NCBI RefSeq assembly: GCF_006345805.1
Contig: NC_043004.1
Location: 97,092,001-97,156,000 of the forward strand
DNA length: 64,000 nt
Reading direction: 5' to 3'
Origin: Octopus sinensis
Taxonomy: Eukaryota
The notes under the pieces were generated by a model. The model was not told where the DNA came from and searched no databases. It was given only the letters and a program-made list of their open reading frames with translations. Shown piece by piece: positions 39,550 through 52,159 of the stretch. A program made the position numbers and the translations under genes. Within the stretch, counting starts at the first letter, position 1. The number at the start of each line of letters is the position of its first letter.

Positions 39550-40380
39550 AAATATGAAAATTGCAGGTTTCTTCGATCATCCGAATCGTGTTGAATCTTT
39601 GAAAAAAATAATCTCAAAATGAATTCAGATTCGCAAGACCAATCAACGAATAATTCTTATACCAATAATGCAGAAAATGCATTATTCAACAAGTTCACTC
39701 AACTAATCTCTAGGCTTATTTTGATAAAAACACCGAAGAACCAGAAACAAGAAATACTGTATATTGCAACTCCTTTGAACATTATACATAAAAGTCACCG
39801 AATAAGAGTAGGTGGAGAAGGACTAGACGGCCAGAAGGAGTACCAGAAACCATAGATAGAAACCATTGATACATTGACCGTCCATCACCGGAAAACTTTT
39901 CTATTTGAAAATATTTCTTCATCACTGCAGCACTGGAGCGACAACTATTGAGAACTTTCACGCGGTCGACAAGGTAACCAGCGAAAGTTCTAAACAACCT
40001 TGCGAAGTAATGACCGAAAACGGTAAATGTACATGAATGGAACTGCACTGAATCAGTCTTCAGAAAAGTTCAGGAAATAAAGGTTAAAATTCTTCATTTC
40101 TGCTCTTCTTTGAGCCTCAAAATTTGCACAATCTATTGTTATGCGATAGATAATCCTATTGAAGATTTTCTAAATCGCAGAAGAGAAACAATAACCACTG
40201 AAAAGACTTCAGAAATCGATTCCATTAATGATATGTTATGCGCACTGGATAACCCGTTCATTCAGTAAGTGTATTCAACTTTCGACAGTTTGTTATGGTT
40301 TGCCAGATGCAGACTAACTTCCAAGAAAATATTTCTGGTAATCCAGTTAAAATAGATCCTAAAGGCGAACCTATTACAAT
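39550..40380 (+). pseudogene. Highly degenerate Helitron Rep-domain relic
   Basis: Manual translation across frames gives LFYLKIFLHHCSTGATTIENFHAVD (compare Helitron FYLRLLLxHVxGxTSFEDLRTV), then LLFFEP, EDFL and YGLP in the expected order. Confidence 0.55.
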
Positions 40381-41784
40381 GAATACATAAATGTTCAAGA
40401 ACTTATAGAGGATTGATTTTTTCTGCGAATAAAAAAGCGAAAAAGAAAAAAAAAAAGAAAGGAAAATTACAATGATGAAAGTGATTTGATTTTGTACTGA
40501 TACTCTAAACGTTACTGACAATTTACTGACTATGCCTTTTGATGAAAAATAAATTGATCTTCGCGGAATTTGAATTCAGACAGTTGGAACAAATACGTAC
40601 AAGGTGTTCTAATGCTCCAACAACTCTGCCAATTCACTGCCGTTGAAGGAAGATAAATGAAAGTAGTCAAATGAGTTAAAGTGAAATTTACAGTAAATCC
40701 AAGGAATGGAAATTTCGAAAAACAGGCCATCACCATAAAAACACAATAAAGTTGGACTACGGAATATATTGGAAGAATTCTAAAATTCCATACCAAAAGT
40801 ATACTCTACAGGCAAATGACTGTCCAAGGTGACAGCTTAAAGACAGTTGATATAAACACCAGAGATGCTTTTTTCCACGCGGAAACTAAAGGATTTACTT
40901 AATATTGTAAGCATTTCTTCTGATAGTGCACTAAATCATTCGTATTGCTGGAAATAACAGGCGGCGAGCTGACAGAATCGTTAGCACGCCGGGCAAAGTG
41001 CTTAGTGGCACTTCATCCGTCTTTAAGTTCTGAGTTCAAATACCGCTGTGGTCGACTTCCTTTCGGGTTCGATAAAAATACATATCAGTCGAGCACTGGC
41101 GACGGTGTAATCGACTTGTCCACACCACCCTAAATTTCAAGTCCTGTTCCAATAAAAAAAGGATTGCTGGACATCCGTAACTTTGGCAGGTGTGTCAGGC
41201 TTATAAGTGCTTCATCGCTTAACCTGCACTCCTCATCTAAGTGAGATAGCAAGAACTGAATTGGCTTTCGTCTGAAGAAGGCTGCCATTCGCGTTCACTT
41301 TAGCAACCACACCATACTTGAGTTGGTTTCAGCTGCCATGACTATCACCTTAGTGGCTTTCTTCAGAGAAGAATAACTTTATATATCACACTAAAGCGTA
41401 CAAGACATTGAGTACCCTGATTTGATTTTAAAAATTTAGAAAGTATTCTAAAGCAATAAACAAGTAATGAAACGAAAAGGCAAGAGAACAGGTAAATATC
41501 CGCTAGGACCGTAAAAGAACTGGCAGACAGCTGACTTTCAGTAGATACTGTGGAATTGTTTGTGGCCAGGTCATGTATGTTTATGCAGCAGAATATTTTT
41601 TTTATTAGTTATACAGTACTATAAAACAATGTTTTTAATGAGAATAAGTCTATCTTAAAATTTTGTTATGACTGCAACGATGTAATTGTTTCATTTTCAC
41701 AACACAATCTCAGAACAAGTAAAACTTGAACTCACACTCACATAAACACACGCACGCACACACACATACACGAACACACAGCTT

Positions 41785-41851
<67 letters not shown>

Positions 41852-41965
41852 ATGCATAGTGTGTATGTACATATAAATAAACACATACATATGTATACAT
41901 GCATACACATATGCATAAACATATTTTTATACATATATACATACATGAAAGTATATACACACACA

Positions 41966-42017
<52 letters not shown>

Positions 42018-42510
42018 CACAGAAATACACATACACATATACTTTTATGCATGTTTAGATAATTTTCTGTTTGTATGCGCACATTTGATGAGATGACTAA
42101 AACTCTTTGAACAATTAAGTTATATTAGCGCTGGCAGTCAGCATACCGTTTCTCCAGAGTGTTTATGTAGCTCTGATAACTTGTTACACGTCGAATATGT
42201 TTTCAATTCGATTGTATATTTGCATTTTATAGTTCAATAACCACAATGATAAGTTGAGATTTTTTTTTCATTCAAATTCTTACAGTATATTGTTCGGTTT
42301 AGTAAGTAAGCTGCCTCATACATAGCCGAACAAGAAACATTATTCGGAAGTTCCTGCTACTCACCGCAGGTTACCGAAACACACAGTCTGACCTCCATTG
42401 TACAATTCGTAATTTTGTTTCTTGTTCTTTCTGTGTTATCACTTGAAGATGTTTCGTTCTAATTTCAGCAATTTGTTGCAAAAATAGATACCTGTCGGGA
42501 TTTATAAAGT

Positions 42511-42905
42511 ACTAGCAGTATCGCTCGGCGTTGCTCGGGTTTGTAAGGGAAATAACTATATAAGCATTTTTAGAGAGTTATAGCCAAACAATATTAAAAA
42601 ATGCATTAAAAATGGAAAAAATGATGGTAAATTTTTTTTTAAATCGTTGACTCATCGTAGACATTTTTAGAGAGTTACTTCCCTTATATAATAGCGAAAA
42701 ATATGCATTAAAATGGAAAAAAATTATGGTAAATTTTTTTTAAATCGTAGATTCATCGTAGACGCGCGCTAATACCCAGAAGGGCTCGATATGAATCACG
42801 ATTATAAGATACCCGGTTTTGGTTAAACTGCACCGCAAAATGTGGGAGTAGTTAGGAATCTAAATCGTAGGAAACAGACACACAACTTCACTTTTATATA
42901 TAAAG
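42511..42905 (+). mobile_element. Non-autonomous Helitron-like element
   Basis: Shares its 5' about 110 bp with 24521-24892 but has a different 3' half. Confidence 0.55.
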
Positions 42906-42983
42906 GTTTTTTTCTTTGTATGGATGCTTAGTGTAAAACGAAACGTATAGTAGGAAAATATAAGGTGATACTAGTGCTGGAAT

Positions 42984-43015
<32 letters not shown>

Positions 43016-43761
43016 ATATAATTATATATATATATATGTTTTCGTGATACATTTTACCTTTTGTAAATCTTGCAATTTCAATTACATATAGAATTCGATT
43101 CTATTGTAAATTCTAATGAAATTTTGTCTTATACATTTATGAATATACATACATGTGTCCGCGCGCGCACACACATAATTTAAACAATTGTATATTATGA
43201 TTCATGTATAAACACTGCTAATAGGCCATTTACTGCAGAGTATTTGTCCTAAGACGATATCTTTTATGGATGTGCTGTGTTAAATACAGTATATATCCAG
43301 CAGAAAGAGAGGAAAGCTCGTCTTCGTCGCGGCTAGTGAGAAGGTTAAATGCATCACGGCTTTTGCGGGTATTTTTCAATGGCGCGTACTCGCAGTTAGC
43401 CAGTCACATGCGCGAATAAGAATTCGTCGCATCTCATATGGGTAAAAGTGATGTACTGAAAAGACGCTCGGCTGAATAAAAATCTGGCTTACAGTGCTGA
43501 CATAGTATTAAATACAAATAGCCATCTATGAATCATACTTAATTCAAGCACATTGTTTATGCATTAAGTTTGGTGTGGCTGTTTGGTAAGGAGTTTGCAT
43601 CGCGACTTCATAGTTTTGAATTTAGTCTCACTGCATGACATCTTGGGTAAGTGTCTTCTACTATAGCCGCATGAGTGGATTTGATAGACGGAAACCGAAA
43701 AAAGCCTATCGTATACATATACGCATGTATATATGTATGTATGTATGCGTGTATATATATA

Positions 43762-44001
43762 TAAACAAAATTTCTTATAATTATGAGTATAATTATAATT
43801 AAGGTTCAGTAAAAGATTTACTGCACCACATACCGAAATTTAGAAATAGCAGCCAAAACTAGCTATTTCCCTACCATAAGAAAATTTCCCAAGGAAATAG
43901 CTAGTTTTGGCTGCTATTTCTAAATTTCGGTATGTGGTGCAGTAAATTTTTTACTGAACCCTAATTATAATTATACTCATAATTATAAGAATTTTTGTTT
44001 A
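43762..44001. repeat. Fold-back inverted repeat
   Basis: 109-bp arms (43762-43870 and 43893-44001) with a few mismatches and a 22-bp spacer. Confidence 0.9.
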
Positions 44002-44320
44002 AGTTTACCGATAATGGTTCTTTTAACATGCCGAACTACTTGGTAAAATTGTTAATTATTAATTAATTAATTTTACCTTTCGAAACGTGGAGTAGATGAA
44101 ACAAAGGCGACTGAAGAAGGGGAATTTTCCTTGTTTTGTATGTCCTGTACTCTATTTTTTCGTTGTTTAAGAACAATGTCCATTTCCTTGGTTTTGTGTT
44201 TATATTTTCGTTTCTCATTGTGTTCGGCTGTTTTTTGCTGTCCTGTACCCATATACGTATGTATATATACATGTAGAGGTAGGTACGTACATATATGTAT
44301 GTATATATGCATATGTTTTA

Positions 44321-44358
<38 letters not shown>

Positions 44359-44679
44359 ACTTTGTCTGTACGTCTTTGGTAAGTTTACGCTCCCGTAACT
44401 TAGTTGTTCGGTAAAAAAGACAGATAAAATAAATAGTGAGCGTGAGAAAAACCGAGTAGCTACTCCAGTAGATTATACATAATATAATAGATACAAGTAC
44501 GCTAAACGTAGGCAGCGCAAAACTACTTCATCTAAGCGAGAAATTCATCTAAGCGGGCGGAGGGCACAAAGATTCAACATATAGTCTGTACTAAGACTGT
44601 ATACCTACACACATATTCATACACATATACACATACATACACGCACATATACAAGCACACCCACTGCCACGTGCGCGGG

Positions 44680-44712
<33 letters not shown>

Positions 44713-45405
44713 GTGAGTGTATTCATAAAATAATTCTTATCACGTTGAGCATTGAAAAATTCAAATGAGGTGTTCTACTTTGTCAGCACTCAGAAAATGT
44801 TTCAACAATAGTTATAAATGCTTTTATAGTTTTCTTTATTTCTCCTGTAACATATCAATTTAATTTACTACATTTTCAACCGTGTAAATCTACTATATAT
44901 TTCTCTTATACATTTTCATTTTTGTTCAATTTTTTTTTTCTGCAATTGTCATTCAACTCAAAGGCATAAATATTTAGAAATATTCCCTCCATAAATTTCT
45001 CTTATATGTTATATACGCAGAAAACAAGTGAGTGTTAAAATACGTGACAAATTATTTAACAGAAAATGTATCTAAATGTTAACTAAGTGGAAAAAAATGA
45101 AGCGTTAAGTTTGCATTAAAATTTGTCACCGGTTAGTAATATTTCTATTATTTCCGAAATTATGGTAGAGAACTCTGAACATATTTTGGGCGTATTGCAT
45201 CTCTTCAGTGAAGCTGTGCTTGCAAAGAGAACGTATTCTAAATTTATCTGTTGAAAGTCCCAGATAGGTACAAAAATATGGTTGAGTGTTTTTGTTTAAT
45301 ATACGAGGCGAAGAATATTAAGCACCTGTATGGATTGTAATTATTGGACATTGTGACAAGCAATTCTGTGATTGCTCGGTCTCCCATTCTGATATTTTAT
45401 TTCAG

Positions 45406-45454
45406 GCAACTACATCTAAAGCAATTTTTACACTACTTGAAAGAATGCACAAAA
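45406..45454 (+). other. Candidate 49-nt internal exon of an unidentified host gene
   Basis: Acceptor ATATTTTATTTCAG and donor GTGAGA. Two frames are open (ATTSKAIFTLLERMHK / QLHLKQFLHYLKECTK). No homology recognised. Confidence 0.25.
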
Positions 45455-45519
45455 GTGAGAATCCCTTTGTGACACTAGAATCATTTACTAGTCTCACATC
45501 ATATATACATTCCATACAT

Positions 45520-45578
<59 letters not shown>

Positions 45579-45647
45579 TATATATATATGTATATATATA
45601 TGTACGTATATATATATGTATGTATGTATGTATGCATGTAAGTATAT

Positions 45648-45895
45648 ATTCTCCCAAAGATTCTGAGGAACTTGCGCAAAGTAGATGTAGGGTTTTTTAA
45701 ATCAAGGCTGGACTTCTTCCTGTCAAGAGTCCCAGAGAGACCTACCTCACGGCAAGAGGTGCAAATGAAGGTAGCTATATCAAACTCCATTCTTCATCAA
45801 GTGCCATATATTAAAGGAGGCTCCTACTAATAACAGTGTAGCGTAAAACGGCGGTGCATCAGCATGGCTGCAGCTCTGAGCTGAAACTTTAAAAA
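45648..45895 (+). mobile_element. 3' end of a CR1/L2-group LINE
   Basis: 45648-45830 encodes ILPKILRNLRKVDVGFFKSRLDFFLSRVPERP...NSILHQ...*, a typical ORF2 C-terminus, followed by a short UTR and A-tail. Confidence 0.7.
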
Positions 45896-46066
45896 AAATA
45901 TACATATATATATATATATATTTATATATAGAGGGCATTATACATACATGCCAGAAGGCATTATACATACATGCCACACGCTAAGAGGGACAATTAGTCA
46001 TTTCTACCAAAAATATTACTAATCCCACCGAATGCAATTTTTCAAAGTAAGACATTTAAAAAATAT

Positions 46067-46114
46067 AGACCTGTATCACAGTGATTTCATACTTACGTAT
46101 TCATCAGCAGGCCT
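46067..46114 (-). ncRNA. Type I hammerhead ribozyme, family A
   Basis: Identical to the motif at 2838-2885. Confidence 0.9.
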
Positions 46115-46592
46115 GAATGTATTATAAATAAACAACGACCCTGCCCCGCTTAAGCCGATCAGCTAACTGATCAACATCAACGAAGCACATGGGTGAGTTT
46201 ACATATATTACATCCGGATAAATGGCAAACTTTTACGAATTGCATTTCGGGAGAGGAAAAGTTTTTTCGGAATAAAAATTTAGCAATTAAGGACAACTAC
46301 TTAATAAGGAAAACTTAACAAGAAATTGTCAGGTAGATAGCGTGAAAACCTCATAAGAGAAAAAATTTCGAAAATAATTATTTCTTATTGAACATATTAA
46401 TTTATATATAGAGGGCATTATACATACATGCCAGAAGGCATTATACATACATGCCAGAAGGCATTATACATACATGCCAGAAGGCATTATACATACATGC
46501 CACACGCTAAGAGGGACAATTAGTCATTTCTACCAAAAATATTACTAATCCCACCGAATGCAATTTTTCAAAGTAAGACATTTAAAAAATAT

Positions 46593-46640
46593 AGACCTGT
46601 ATCACAGTGATTTCATACTTACGTATTCATCAGCAGGCCT
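46593..46640 (-). ncRNA. Type I hammerhead ribozyme, family A
   Basis: Identical to the motif at 2838-2885. Confidence 0.9.
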
Positions 46641-46789
46641 GAATGTATTATAAATAAACAACGACCCTGCCCCGCTTAAGCCGATCAGCTAACTGATCAA
46701 CATCAACGAAGCACATGGGTGAGTTTACATATATTACATATATGAGTTTACATATATATATATATATATAATGGTAATGACTCCCTTCG

Positions 46790-47050
46790 TTCATGAATGA
46801 CCTTGCGATTGCACCTAGAACGTTAACCCACCAAAGCACAAGTCCAGGCAAGGTTGTTTATGGAAGACCAGCAGTCGCCCATGCATACAAGCCTCCCCTC
46901 TCCATGCCATCGGTGTTATCCAAGGGAAAGGAAAATGCCAATACAACTTGGCACCAGTGATGTGGCAACCAATTTCTACAGATGAGTGATCTGGAGCAAC
47001 GTGAAATAAAGTGTCTTACTCAATAACACAACACACAACCCGGTCCAAAA
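46790..47050 (-). mobile_element. SINE family C fragment (CORE-like)
   Basis: GTTATTGAGTAAGACACTTTATTTCACGTTGCTCC. Related copy at about 49185-49450 (+). Confidence 0.65.
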
Positions 47051-47914
47051 ATCAATCAATCAATCTATGTATATATATATATATATATATATATAAAGAG
47101 AGAGAGAGAGACTAGTGGTACAACAAAGCACCAATGTTTACTGGAAATAGCAGTCGATACATATACGACGTTATACACATACTATCCATACACACACACA
47201 TATACATATATAATGTATGTATGCATGCATACATATATATACATACATATTTAAAAAGAATAATATATATATTGTAATAGTAAAATTTCAACAAATATTC
47301 AATGTGCAATCGTTAATGAAACTCATGCTCTGTTTCCCTGCTTCTCCATCCGTCTCTCACACATTTTCTTTCATTTTCCGATTTTAATCTTAAAATTACT
47401 TTACTGTAGAACTAAATATATTTCCGTGCTGAAGAATTAATTAAAGATATATTTGTTGTGCATTCACATATTAGCTGAGATTACAGTGATAAAGCATTAT
47501 CCATTCTTAGAAATTTCAGGTGTTTATTTCCCAGATACATATATTGTGAAATTATTATTTAGATATTTATTTCGTTATAATGTCCTTTAGTTTGTTTTTA
47601 GCATCTCAGCTGACGTCATGCTCGAGTACCTCTTAATAATTTGTTTGAAGCAAGGATTTTCCTTCATGTATGTTTCACACGTGATTCCTTTATCCCTGTT
47701 CCCAAATGGAGTATTTCAGTGATATCTTTTATATCATCACTTTTCAACTGATTGAATTATTATGAAAGATACGGATTTGAGTCAGCTGCGGTGTGAGTGG
47801 GTGGAAATTCCACTCATCGTCAGCGTTTAGAAAAATGAGTAAGACAGATGGTGTTGGCAGTGGGAATTTGCAGATGTATCCTACCCATAAAATAATTACA
47901 GGAAATATTCATTT

Positions 47915-48400
47915 CTACTATAGGCACAAGGTCCGACAGTTTGGTCGATTTCATTGACCCCAGTGTTCAACTCGTACTTATTTTATCGAATTAAAAAAAA
48001 TATATTCTTTTCTACCCTAGGCACAAGGTGCAAAATATTTGAGGAGGGAGCCAGTCGATTAGATCGACTCCAGTACGCAACTGGTACATAATTTATCGAC
48101 CCCGAAAGAATGAAAAGCAAAGTCGACCTCGGCGGAATTTGAACTCAGAACGTAGCGACGGGCGAAATACCTATTTCTTTATTACCCACAAGGGACTAAA
48201 CATAGAGAGGACAAACAATGACAGACATAGGTATTAAGTCGATTACAACGATTCCAGTGCGTAACTGGTGCTTAATTTATCGACCCCGAAAGGTTGAAAA
48301 GCAAAGTCGACCTCGGCGGAATTTGAACTCACAACGTAACGCCAGACGAAATACAGGAAAGCATTTCGCCCGGCGTGCTAACGCTTCTGCCAGCTCGCAT
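47915..48400 (-). mobile_element. SINE family B multimer
   Basis: One head followed by body repeats with a 184-bp period. Confidence 0.8.
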
Positions 48401-48990
48401 CCCTAATTAAAGAAAATATTAAGATATTAATTTGACAGCAATAACATCTTCAATAAATAAATATTGCTAACTGGACGTCTATAATGTATGGAAAGCTGTC
48501 CATTCAAATTTGTTGTAATCAAGGGCCAACAATGCTACAGATTTGAATTGGGGAACCTTGGATCAAACATTCATGTATCATTATCGGAGAAAACTCTTCG
48601 GATGATAGTAGTTAGAAACACTCTGTAATTTAGTGATAACGGTCACTCTTTTAATATCTGGAATATTTTTCACTTTGAACAAAAACTACAATTTGTGATA
48701 CAACGAAGTTTGTAGTGTGGATTCATTGGGAGTGCTTCAAAATCACTGGAAGACTTGCTATACATTGGTCCCTAGGTTTCTAACCAAATTGTGACAAAGA
48801 TCTTCCGTTATTCTTGATTTGAATGAACGCACTTTGTTGTTGAAATTTCAAATTTTACGTAGAAAGTAACGTAATTTCTTTCAAAAGATACTTGGCATTT
48901 CATCGCTTCGGAAAGACATGATCAATCTAGGGTGTGTGCACATGCTTTCGGCCGTAACATGTGTACTGACAAATGGTATTGTCCAGGCAG

Positions 48991-49130
48991 ATACTTTCGG
49001 GGTCGAATCCTTTCGGAGTCGATAAATTAAGTACCAGTTACGCACTGGGGTCGATGTAATCGACTTAATACCTATGTCTGTCCTTGTTTGTTCCCTCTGT
49101 GTTTAGTCCCCTGTGGGTAGTAAAGAAATA
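48991..49130 (+). mobile_element. 5'-truncated SINE B insertion with 16-bp TSD
   Basis: GGTATTGTCCAGGCAG at 48975-48990 and 49131-49146. Confidence 0.9.
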
Positions 49131-49736
49131 GGTATTGTCCAGGCAGGAATAGTTGACTATGAATTATGGGTATAAAAACAATTGTTATCTTGAGGTTGTG
49201 AGTTCGATTCCCGGAACAGGATGTGTGTTGTGTTGTTGAGCAAGACACTTTATTTCACGTTGCTCCTGTTCACTCATCTGTATAAATGAGTTGTAACGTC
49301 ACTTGTGCCAAACTGTATCAGTTTTGGCCTTTCCTTTGGGTAACATCAATGGCGTGGAGAAGGGAGATTGGTATGCTTGAGCGACTGCTGGTCTTCTACA
49401 AGCAACCTTTCCCGGACCTGTGCCTCGTAGGGTAACTCTCTAGGTGCAATATCGAAGGAAGTCTTTTTAATTTACATACATATTTTAAAAACAGATTAAA
49501 CTATACTACAATTCTTTTCTGGTATATATGTTTGGAGCTCTCTTGAACACTAGCTTCTCACTGAAGCTACTTCATCAATATAGAAGAAGTAGTGTCTCGT
49601 AAAAATTTTCTCCAAGAATGATCAGGGGCTCTCCTTCTTATTCCATCAGCAAGATTTCCTATTTATGGTTGAAGTTTGCCTGGAAGTTTTGTGTATCTGT
49701 ATAGTGTTCTCATTTTGCTTTCAGTATTGGTAACTT

Positions 49737-49955
49737 TCTTCTTTTTTCTTTCTTTTCTTTTATTTGTATCAGTCAATTGACTGCGGCCATGCTGGAGCAC
49801 CGCCTTTAGTCGAGCAAATCGACCCCGGGACTTATTCTTTGTAAGCCCAGTACTTGTTCTATCGGTCTCTTTTGCCGAACCGCTAGGTGACGGGGACCTA
49901 AACATACCAGCATCGGTTGTCAAGCAATGCTAGGGAGACAAACACAGACACACAA

Positions 49956-49998
<43 letters not shown>

Positions 49999-50156
49999 CG
50001 ACAGGCTTCTTTCAGTTTCCGTCTACCAAATCCACTCACAAGGCATTGGTCGGCCCGGAGCTATAGCAGAAGACACTTGCCCAAGATGCCACGCAGTGGG
50101 ACTGAACCCGAAACCATGTGGTTGGTTAGCAAGCTACTAACCACACAGCCACGCCT
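49737..50156 (-). mobile_element. tRNA-derived SINE family A
   Basis: Full head to tail. Confidence 0.88.
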
Positions 50157-50614
50157 GACTCTTGCCAACGTTTTAATTTATCGTTTATTAAAGAAAGTTG
50201 GTGGCAATAATTATCATTTTTAACTATTCCTGCTAAATACTTTTTGTAATACGCCCATAGACTGGTCACTTATGTTATAAGAAGTTGTTAAGTGAGCTAT
50301 GCTGGAATCATTAATGTAAAAGGATCTGGTTTCTGAAGGTATAAAGTATAAGTAACATAACCTGATCTATTGCGTAAGATCCATTATAGCTTTCCTTGGA
50401 AAAAACAAACAAATGGTCTTTATTCATTTTGTTCCATTATATTACAGTGGCTTTCTGTTCTTTTTATTAATCCTGGTGACGGGATCTTTAAATATATATA
50501 TGCGTGCGCGCGCGTATGTTGTGTGTGTGTGTGTGTGTGTGTATAACGTGCACATGAGAGCATACATGTATGTCTGTGTATACGTATATAGTATGCGAGC
50601 TAACAGATATGCAT

Positions 50615-50668
<54 letters not shown>

Positions 50669-50670
<2 letters not shown>

Positions 50671-51074
50671 CATAAATAAGGGCAAACGAAAACATTTCTA
50701 ATGCCAGATATGCCGAAAAATTGGACATATTGTCCATTAACCATATAATTTTTTCACAATATGCACGCTACTCGAAAAAAGGTCGACAAAAATTTCTAAA
50801 AATTCCATTATTACCATATCGGACCGATTTCAGGGTTAGCTTATAACAGCCCTCCCTTCGTCAGTGATACATGTGGCAAAAGAAATAAATGAGATACTTA
50901 CTCATACCCATGGAAGAAGCAAACACTAAGTCATGAGCACAATTTAGAAATTTCTGTGGACCTTTTTTCGAGTAGCGTGCATATTGTGAAAAAATTATAT
51001 GGTTAATGGACAATATGTCCAATTTTTCGGCATATCTGGCATTAGAAATGTTTTCGTTTCCCCTTATTTATGAA
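50669..51074. mobile_element. MITE with long TIRs
   Basis: Near-perfect terminal inverted repeats of about 115-130 bp around about 150 bp of internal sequence. Confidence 0.75.
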
Positions 51075-51358
51075 TTGTTTATAGATTTAACCTTTAAAGG
51101 TATTTTTTGATATGCTGGCCATTGATAAAATTTTTTTGGGAAAATAATTCTTTTCGAAAAAAATTTTATCCTTCATTAGATATATATATATATATATGTT
51201 CTCTAATTCTTAAGGTGTTTCAGCTTTAAAGTTACCTTCATACTGGGGGCACTAGACAGGAAAAAACAAGAAAAATGCCCCTTGTATTTGAGTACTATGC
51301 AAATATTCTTTTAAAAAACTTTTCTTTTAATTTTTCCAAAATTTAATTGCTTTCGATG

Positions 51359-51399
51359 CTTAGAGTTGAAAAAGTCTGAATGACTGAAACCGGTACTAA
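51359..51399 (+). ncRNA. Hammerhead motif with U3-A8 core variant, family E (second copy)
   Basis: AG-UUGAAAA-AGUC(UGAAU)GACU-GAA-ACCGGU-A-CU. Stem I is eroded. Confidence 0.6.
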
Positions 51400-52159
51400 A
51401 AGGTTTTTTATGATAAAATTATTTTAGCATTTTCTACCTTGACTTTTTCCCTATATATATAATCTCAGTATAGAGTAAGTTCAATAAATGTATTCTAGCT
51501 GAAAAAACTGAGTAAGCGGAATGTTGCTGAAAATTCTTTCAGTATTTTCTCGAAAGCAGGGAAATATCAATATCAAAACGTCGAAAATATACATTTTAGC
51601 TTTTACTTATTTCAATCAACTGACTATAGCCATGCTGGGGCACCGCATCGAAGAAATTTTGTCGAACAAATCGACTCCAGTACTTATATTGCTAAAGCCT
51701 TGTACTTATATTATCGGTCAATCTTGCCGAACCACTAAGTCATGAGTACATAAACACACTAACAGTAGATATCGTGCGGAACACAGATACAAAGACACAC
51801 ACATACAGACACAAAGACATACACACACAAAAACATATACATACGGCGGGCTTCTTTCAGTTTCAGTTTACTAAATCCACTCACAAGGTTTCAGTCGGCC
51901 CGAATTTATAGTAGAAAACACTTACTTGCCCATGGTACAATGCTGTGGGACCGAACCCGGAACAATGCGATTGGGAAATGACCTCTATGTTCTTAATAGA
52001 TTTTTCAAGAAATAGTAGCGAAATTCCCAAGAAATCACACTCTAAAGTGGAATGTATTCGTTAGCTTGCATCATGACGTGCTCTGTGATGCGTATAGCAT
52101 GTTTAAAACTAAAATACTTTCAGAGCTTATCTGGGGTAAATAGCAATAACCATTTCTAC

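Larger units (their letters stand above)
45920..46739 (-). repeat. Head-to-tail tandem of ORF-less HHR repeat family A (retrozyme-like)
   Basis: About 1.6 units. The two HHRs are 526 bp apart. An internal 23-bp minisatellite has 2 versus 4 copies. Confidence 0.9.
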
